The notes under the pieces: model-generated
Seen by the model: the letters and a program-made list of their open reading frames with translations, nothing else
Told to the model about the DNA's origin: nothing
The model's database searches: none
Virus record (IMG/VR): IMGVR_UViG_3300045051_000179
Coordinates: 1 to 47,050 of that record
Direction: 5' to 3' (one strand)
DNA from: a virus
Lineage: Duplodnaviria > Heunggongvirae > Uroviricota > Caudoviricetes
DNA length: 47,050 nucleotides
Position numbers and translations under genes: made by a program
Shown here: in pieces, positions 42,090 to 47,050 of the stretch
Numbering within the stretch: the first letter of the stretch is position 1
Layout of the letters: the number at the start of each line of letters is the position of its first letter

Positions 42090-42166
42090 GCTTTTCTATC
42101 CCAATCGGTAGAGGAACAGCCCTCAGAAGGCTGCAAGTGTGAGTCCGAATCTCACGGAGAGCACCA
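42090..42166 (+). tRNA. tRNA-Leu(CAG), short variable loop
   Basis: loop CTCAGAA, CCA. Confidence 0.85.
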
Positions 42167-42168
42167 AT

Positions 42169-42253
42169 CGAGATATGCTGGAATTGGCATACAGGCTAGT
42201 CTTAGAAACTAGTGCCGAAAGGATTGAGAGTTCGACTCTCTCTATCTCGACCA
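42169..42253 (+). tRNA. tRNA-Leu(TAG)
   Basis: loop CTTAGAA, long variable arm, CCA. Confidence 0.9.
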
Positions 42254-42305
42254 TCCGCACGCTGTTGAAGTCAGATAGCAGTTAAAGTCTGCTGGTGTGG
42301 GTCAT

Positions 42306-42381
42306 ACCGTTGTAGCACAGTTGGAAGTGCGTCGGCTTGCCAAGTCGAAGGTCCGGGGTTCGAGACCCCGTAGCGGTACCA
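42306..42381 (+). tRNA. tRNA-Gly(GCC)
   Basis: loop TTGCCAA, CCA. Confidence 0.85.
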
Positions 42382-42383
42382 AT

Positions 42384-42456
42384 GCCTAGTGGTGTAACGT
42401 TAGCACGCCGTCCTGATAAGACGGAAGTTCCTTGTTCGACTCAGGACTGGGTACCA
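42384..42456 (+). tRNA. tRNA-Ile(GAT)
   Basis: loop CTGATAA; irregular T-arm. Confidence 0.75.
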
Positions 42457-42457
42457 A

Positions 42458-42537
42458 CCTTATTGAGCACGGCTAGGTATGCGTGCAGGTCCCTGATAAG
42501 GACAAGGCCGAAGGTTCAATTCCTTCAATAAGGACCA
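42458..42537 (+). tRNA. tRNA-Ile(GAT), second copy
   Basis: loop CTGATAA, CCA. Confidence 0.75.
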
Positions 42538-42538
42538 A

Positions 42539-42615
42539 GCAGATGTAGTGTAGTGGTCTAACATCTCTCCCTGTCAAGGAGATGATCGCCAGTTCGAATC
42601 TGGTCATCCGCGCCA
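42539..42615 (+). tRNA. tRNA-Asp(GTC)
   Basis: G73, CCA. Confidence 0.88.
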
Positions 42616-42617
42616 AT

Positions 42618-42693
42618 GGCTTCGAAGACAAATGGCATAGTTGTTCGATTGTCAATCGAAAGGGAGTGGGTTCAATCCCCATCGGAGCCGCCA
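42618..42693 (+). tRNA. tRNA-Asp(GTC), second copy
   Basis: G73, CCA. Confidence 0.85.
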
Positions 42694-42694
42694 A

Positions 42695-42768
42695 GGTCTT
42701 GTAGTTTAACGGAAGAACAAGGGCGTTGTATCCCCTTGGTCACAGTTCAATTCTGTGTGGGACCTCCA
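42695..42768 (+). tRNA. tRNA-Thr(TGT)
   Basis: loop GTTGTAT, U73, CCA. Confidence 0.75.
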
Positions 42769-42844
42769 ACCGCTGATTAGTGTAACGGACAGCACGCCAG
42801 TCTTTGAAACTGGAAGAACGGTTCGATTCCGGTAGGTGGCATCA
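42769..42844 (+). tRNA. tRNA-Gln(TTG), weak acceptor, no CCA
   Basis: CCAGT-CTTTGAA-ACTGG; TTCGATT. Confidence 0.6.
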
Positions 42845-43225
42845 AACGGTCCCGTATCGCTATCCTGCAAGATAGGCGATCCTTCATTGCAGTGGAGTGT
42901 GGACTCCGGAATCGTCACCGGAGATTATATGCTAGATAGTCTGATGCGGATGCATCCGCTTAGGCCGGTCATGAACGGGCGTAGACTATCGAACAAAACG
43001 TCTACGGTTCCCATGACGTAAAAGATTCCGGGGGAATAAGCGTACAGTATCGCACTGCAAGGTGACCTGATACTCAGGCTATGCTCGACATAGACGATCT
43101 AAAGAGAGTGCGCAAAACGCAGCAAACGTGGTCGGAGGACCCGAATAAGTCCGTAACCCTTGTGGTAGACGGTGAAGGTGCGAACGGGCGGAAGCCTTTG
43201 GGTGAAAGTGGCTGCGAAATAAGGG
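42845..43225 (+). ncRNA. about 380-nt pseudoknotted RNA of unknown class
   Basis: long-range TTGCAGTG/CACTGCAA; crossing GATAGTCT/AGACTATC. Confidence 0.5.
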
Positions 43226-43226
43226 C

Positions 43227-43255
43227 TTGACAAATGGTTGGCAACCTGCTACAAT
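43227..43255 (+). promoter_or_regulatory. sigma70-type promoter
   Basis: TTGACA-17-TACAAT. Confidence 0.85.
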
Positions 43256-43261
43256 ACGGCT

Positions 43262-43820
43262 AAGCCGATGAGGACACTCGAACCTCGACGGTACGCCCAA
43301 GGGGACCTTTCTGCTGACTCCCTAGTCGCGTCAGGTTGGGTGATCTGGAAACGGAATCACGTCGGAACTCTCCTAACCGACAAATCATTAACCGGTCGTA
43401 GGAGTGCTCAATCACTTCCCTTGGCAATTGAGAAGGCCATGGAGAACCCGACGCTGGCTTTGCGGAACCAGCAACTATATGTAAAGGGTGTCGTGCATGC
43501 TCCTGACAAGTGTGCTAGTCAGAGTCAGGTCTGATGATACGCGACTTCAGGAGCCACCCTGAAACTATATGATGGTAGGGCTGTGGAGCAACCCGAGTAT
43601 GACGCGATTACTTCTCGGGAACAGCGGTGAAGCAGCCCGTCGCGCTTTTCATTAGTCCGTTTGTGGGCGGTAACCGGACGTTAAACCGAAACCCTCGTTA
43701 TATAATGCGTCGATGTGGAAGTTACCTGCTAGTCACAGGACGACTCTCCCGGCTATCCCTTGACTAAGGATGGTGTTCCGACCGGCCCAGCAGAGGTCGG
43801 CTACGGAAGCGCAGTAACAA
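43262..43820 (+). ncRNA. about 560-nt multi-pseudoknot RNA of unknown class
   Basis: own promoter; many stems and crossing pairings; no RBS-led ORF. Confidence 0.6.
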
Positions 43821-43821
43821 T

Positions 43822-43897
43822 GCTTCTTTGGCTGAGTTGGTCAAAGCGGGGGCCTGAAAAACCTCATATCTCAGTTCGAATCTGAGAGGGAGCACCA
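43822..43897 (+). tRNA. tRNA-Phe(GAA)
   Basis: loop CTGAAAA, CCA. Confidence 0.85.
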
Positions 43898-43899
43898 AT

Positions 43900-43977
43900 G
43901 CTCGTCTATTCCCAATAGGCAGAGGAAAGCGTCTTAAACACGTTTCAGTCTGAGTTCGAATCTCAGGACGAGTACCA
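43900..43977 (+). tRNA. tRNA-Leu(TAA), short variable loop
   Basis: loop CTTAAAC, CCA. Confidence 0.85.
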
Positions 43978-43978
43978 T

Positions 43979-44055
43979 AGATCGCTGGCGCAACGGTTAG
44001 CGCTCTTGTCTTATAAACAAGCGGTTTCTGAGTTCGAGTCTCAGGCGATCTACCA
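43979..44055 (+). tRNA. tRNA-Ile(TAT)
   Basis: loop CT-TAT-AA, perfect acceptor, A73, CCA. Confidence 0.88.
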
Positions 44056-44056
44056 A

Positions 44057-44131
44057 CGTTTCTTCGCCAAGAGGAAAGGCAGTGGTTTCATAAGCCACTA
44101 TGCGATGGTTCGAATCCATCAGAAACGACCA
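44057..44131 (+). tRNA. tRNA-Met(CAT)
   Basis: loop TTCATAA, CCA. Confidence 0.85.
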
Positions 44132-44138
44132 TGCGGGA

Positions 44139-44185
44139 GGAGAGCCAATCCCTCTCCTTCTGACAATTGCTCTGGATTGGAGAGT
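44139..44185 (+). ncRNA. kissing-hairpin pair
   Basis: loops CCAATCC and GGATTGG are exact complements. Confidence 0.5.
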
Positions 44186-44200
44186 ACAATGTCTAGATAT

Positions 44201-44275
44201 GGGCCTCTAGCACGACGGTCGTGCATGCGTCTTTTAAACGTTAGGGTCGGAGTTCAAGTCTCCGGGGGCTCTCCA
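44201..44275 (+). tRNA. tRNA-Lys(TTT)
   Basis: loop CTTTTAA, CCA. Confidence 0.8.
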
Positions 44276-44276
44276 A

Positions 44277-44351
44277 TGCAATGTAGTTCAGCGATAGAAC
44301 TGGTGGCCGTTAACCATCGTGTCGTAGGTTTGAATCCTACCGTTGCAGCCA
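44277..44351 (+). tRNA. tRNA-Asn(GTT)
   Basis: G73, CCA. Confidence 0.8.
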
Positions 44352-44352
44352 A

Positions 44353-44427
44353 GGGTCATTAGCACAATGGTGGTGCAGAAGGTTCTTACCCTTCCGGATA
44401 TCGGTTCGAGCCCGATATGACTCTCCA
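44353..44427 (+). tRNA. tRNA-Lys(CTT)
   Basis: loop TTCTTAC, CCA. Confidence 0.85.
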
Positions 44428-44428
44428 T

Positions 44429-44504
44429 ACTCGCATCGACTAATTGTTAAGTCTACTCGCTGTTAACGAGGAAGATACAGGTTAGAATCCTGTGACGAGT
44501 GCCA
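44429..44504 (+). tRNA. tRNA-Asn(GTT), second copy
   Basis: loop CTGTTAA; acceptor mismatches. Confidence 0.75.
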
Positions 44505-44505
44505 T

Positions 44506-44580
44506 AGGCAGATGACTACTGGTCGTCTAACTAGTCCCTTAAACTAGGATATCGGGGTTCGATTCCCCGTCTGCTTACCA
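44506..44580 (+). tRNA. tRNA-Lys(CTT), second copy
   Basis: loop CCCTTAA, CCA. Confidence 0.75.
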
Positions 44581-44776
44581 TAGGGCGATGTTGTAGTCCT
44601 GATAGTTAACACCGCGCGGCGCTTGGCATCAGGTCACATTCTAGCCCTCTCCAACGAAGTTCCGTACCCCAGTGGACATCTTGCTTGCATGAGTGTTCGC
44701 GGCTTGCAACAGGGAGGCGTCCTGTTGACTTCGATCAAATCTTCTTCGGGGCAAGAAGTAAACAATGCTCCACCAT

Positions 44777-44851
44777 TCCCCTCTCGTCTAACGGTAGGAT
44801 TCGTGGCCTTGAACCATGTAGATGCTAGTTCGAATCTAGCATGGGGAACCA
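44777..44851 (+). tRNA. tRNA-Gln(TTG)
   Basis: loop CCTTGAA, CCA. Confidence 0.82.
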
Positions 44852-45430
44852 ACATCATTTAGTTTCACATCGAGAAGCGCCCGTGATCAAGGGAAGCGCA
44901 GGGTCACGATCCTGCAATGATGAACATATTGTCGAGCCGTGATAGTAAAGGCCAAATATCCTGATCCATGCGCATGGCGTCAGGTGAAGCCCGGATCATA
45001 TAGGCGGCTTCCGGACCCCGTAACCGTGAACTATATAATTGGTCGTGAGCGGCGGTAACTGCTCTACTGGCATCCTTACCGGGATGGAGGAAGACGCGAC
45101 TCTGGATCAGGCATAACCAGAGACTATATAATGGCCTAGGTTAGCGCCTAGGTCAGGGATGTGCCGGAAATCTCCTACTGTGAGGCGGGAGAACAACGGG
45201 ACTACGGCAAGAGTTGACGCAAGAGGATATCGACCTGAACTGGGGGACAACGAACCAGCAGGCACGGGGACTTTTGCGGAAGGCATGCCAGTGCTGAACT
45301 TGTGTCGGGAGACTAACGTAGGGTTGTGGGTTAACTAGTTCACTGCTATTGACCAGCCACACGCGCACATATGGGTAGGCAACCCCATCGTCCAACTCAT
45401 TAGCACTGAGTCGAAATAGGCTAATACCAT
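44852..45430 (+). ncRNA. about 580-nt structured RNA of unknown class
   Basis: dense hairpins and a pseudoknot between the last tRNA and the terminator; no RBS-led ORF. Confidence 0.5.
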
Positions 45431-45432
45431 GG

Positions 45433-45463
45433 AACCCTTCTCCTAACCGGAGAGGGGTTTTTT
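45433..45463 (+). terminator. intrinsic terminator closing the RNA island
   Basis: AACCCTTCTCC-TAACC-GGAGAGGGGTT followed by a T run. Confidence 0.88.
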
Positions 45464-45488
45464 GTTGCCCGGAAATTGGAGGTATGAG

Positions 45489-45665
45489 ATGCCGTACAAT
45501 TCGATATCAGACTTACCTCAGTCAGTAAAGGACAACTACAGCAAGCGTTGCCAAAAGGTGTTCATGGAAGCATGGAACGCCAATCACGACAAGAACAAGA
45601 AAGAAAGCATGGCATTCGCAGCCGCGCACACAGCGGCCAAGAACTGCATGAAGGCAACATCGTGA
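45489..45665 (+). CDS. chaB: ChaB family protein
   Basis: MPY.S.SDLP.SVK....CQKVF..AWN...E..AFAAA..AAK; GGAGG RBS. Confidence 0.85.
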   Translation: MPYNSISDLPQSVKDNYSKRCQKVFMEAWNANHDKNKKESMAFAAAHTAAKNCMKATS

Positions 45666-46327
45666 TCGAAGAACCCAAGCATGCCAATAGTCGTACCGCA
45701 AAGCGTGCGACTGAGGGCTCTCGAAAGAACTCTGGTGTAGCCCGATCAGATCGTATTGTCACGAATCGTGGTCGTGGTCGCCCGCCCGGAGTAAAGAACA
45801 AGCCAAAGTCTCTAGTCCCGACTGAATTGGCTAATGAACTCCTCCTGAAAATGGAGTCGATGGTTCCTCCGGAGCACTTCAAATACCTCAAGGGTGTCAT
45901 CAAAGACGGCAAGGCCGTATCGACCAAGCAAGAACTCGATACCCTGATTCTCCTGCTCAATAGGAATCTCTGGCCAGCCCTTGTTGCTGAGGGCCGACTG
46001 ACCAAGAGTTCCAAGGTCGAAGATATCGTCGATGTCGATCCTGACAAGGAAGACAAAGAAGATGATGAAAAGGGTCCAGTATTTCGTAAGGATGTAACTG
46101 AGCGCTTGAAGGTTCTCAATTCCCTCCTTACCCTCCGACATCAGATTGAAAAGAACGAGGTCAGCCCGGATGACGGCAGCCAGCCGCTCCTAACGATCTT
46201 CGCAAAGCGAGGCGTTTCTAGTCGCCTTGGAATTCTCATTGGTGAAGTAGAGCCGCCAAAGGCGCTCCCTGCTGTCACAGAAGAAAGAGTCGCGCATGAC
46301 GGCCAAATTGTCATTGACCCAGAGTGA
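45662..46327 (+). CDS. putative terminase small subunit / AT-hook DNA-binding protein
   Basis: RGRGRPPGVKNKPK; helical; directly upstream of and overlapping terL. Confidence 0.6.
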   Translation: MIEEPKHANSRTAKRATEGSRKNSGVARSDRIVTNRGRGRPPGVKNKPKSLVPTELANELLLKMESMVPPEHFKYLKGVIKDGKAVSTKQELDTLILLLNRNLWPALVAEGRLTKSSKVEDIVDVDPDKEDKEDDEKGPVFRKDVTERLKVLNSLLTLRHQIEKNEVSPDDGSQPLLTIFAKRGVSSRLGILIGEVEPPKALPAVTEERVAHDGQIVIDPE

Positions 46328-47050
46328 TGCCCTCGGGTATCTCGTCTATCCTGCGGTCTGGCTCGAAACACTAACCGAACTCGATGGTGCTCCGTTTGTG
46401 CTTGAGCCCTATCAGGTTCGGTTTCTTAATGATCTGAGTTATTTCCGGATCGTTAACAAGAGCAGACAGATCGGATTCTCTACGGTTCTCGCCGGGGAAG
46501 CACTTGCAAGAGCGTCAACACAGGAGGGCTACCGGGCCAACATCGTCTCGATCAATCAGAAAGAAGCATCTGACAAGATCGAGATTGCGCGTAATCTCTA
46601 TCATTCGATCCCAGATGAATTCCGCGAGGGCAGTCCCAGTCTTAAGCCAATCCTCTATACGGATTCTGACACTGAACTTTCCTTTCATCGACCTCCTAAG
46701 ACCTCAACAATCATCAGTCAGCCTGCGTCTGCCGCTATTCGTGGTGGCCGCAAGGATATCTACTTTGATGAGTTCGCGCATATTCGAGACGCTGCCAAAT
46801 TGTATCGAGCCGCTACACCGGCCATTATTCGCGGAAACAGTCGTCTCACAATAATCTCGACGCCTCTAGGGCAATCTGGACTGTTCTACGACATCATGTC
46901 GGGGACCGACGCCTACAAGAATTACTCACGCCATGCAGTTCCGTGGTGGGAATGCTCTGCCATGGTGAAGCCCGGTTACTATGAAGAAGCGCTAGCCTAC
47001 GCTGCATCGATCCCCGGTAGTGAGGATCGTATCAGGAAGTACGGTAGCGA
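46296..47050 (+). CDS. terL: terminase large subunit, partial (runs off window)
   Basis: EPYQ; Walker A NKSRQIGFST; Walker B IYFDEFAH; IISTPLG; absent from ORF track because there is no stop. Confidence 0.92.
   Translation, partial: MTAKLSLTQSDALGYLVYPAVWLETLTELDGAPFVLEPYQVRFLNDLSYFRIVNKSRQIGFSTVLAGEALARASTQEGYRANIVSINQKEASDKIEIARNLYHSIPDEFREGSPSLKPILYTDSDTELSFHRPPKTSTIISQPASAAIRGGRKDIYFDEFAHIRDAAKLYRAATPAIIRGNSRLTIISTPLGQSGLFYDIMSGTDAYKNYSRHAVPWWECSAMVKPGYYEEALAYAASIPGSEDRIRKYGS

Noticed and set aside
45117-45240. Group I intron suggested by CAGAGACTA
   Set aside because: No downstream TAGTC partner for P7 and no interrupted host gene found.
35400-45430. Most ORF-track ORFs across the RNA island
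   Set aside because: They overlap tRNAs or structured RNAs and lack RBSs; only the RBS-led ORFs were kept.
35400-45430. tmRNA
   Set aside because: No G3:U70 tRNA-like domain lacking a D-stem that flanks a tag frame was found by eye; a two-piece form is not excluded without ARAGORN.

Overview
Segment of a large tailed dsDNA phage genome (Caudoviricetes, inferred); no integrase, rRNA or CRISPR array was seen. 1-23 kb: a minus-strand arm of about 80 small, overlap-coupled, mostly hypothetical early-type genes (ArdC-like protein, SWIM and C2H2 zinc fingers, lipoprotein) driven by consensus sigma70 promoters, with one structured leader RNA at 3.4-3.7 kb. 23.2-24.3 kb: a divergent non-coding zone. 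24.3-35.1 kb: a plus-strand arm with thioredoxin, class II ribonucleotide reductase NrdJ, ThyX, a sorted surface protein and membrane proteins. 35.4-45.5 kb: an RNA island with about 54 tRNA or tRNA-like genes covering all 20 amino acids, including an amber suppressor. Interleaved with them are an RNase P RNA, a YrlA-type Y RNA, several 300-570 nt pseudoknotted RNAs and small structured modules, ending at an intrinsic terminator. ChaB, a putative terminase small subunit and the terminase large subunit (truncated by the window) follow. The strongest leads are the phage-borne RNase P RNA with its own promoter, and the suppressor tRNA(CUA) sitting directly behind a gene with a TAG at codon 3. All calls were made by eye; no searches or folding programs were run, and starts of small ORFs are approximate.
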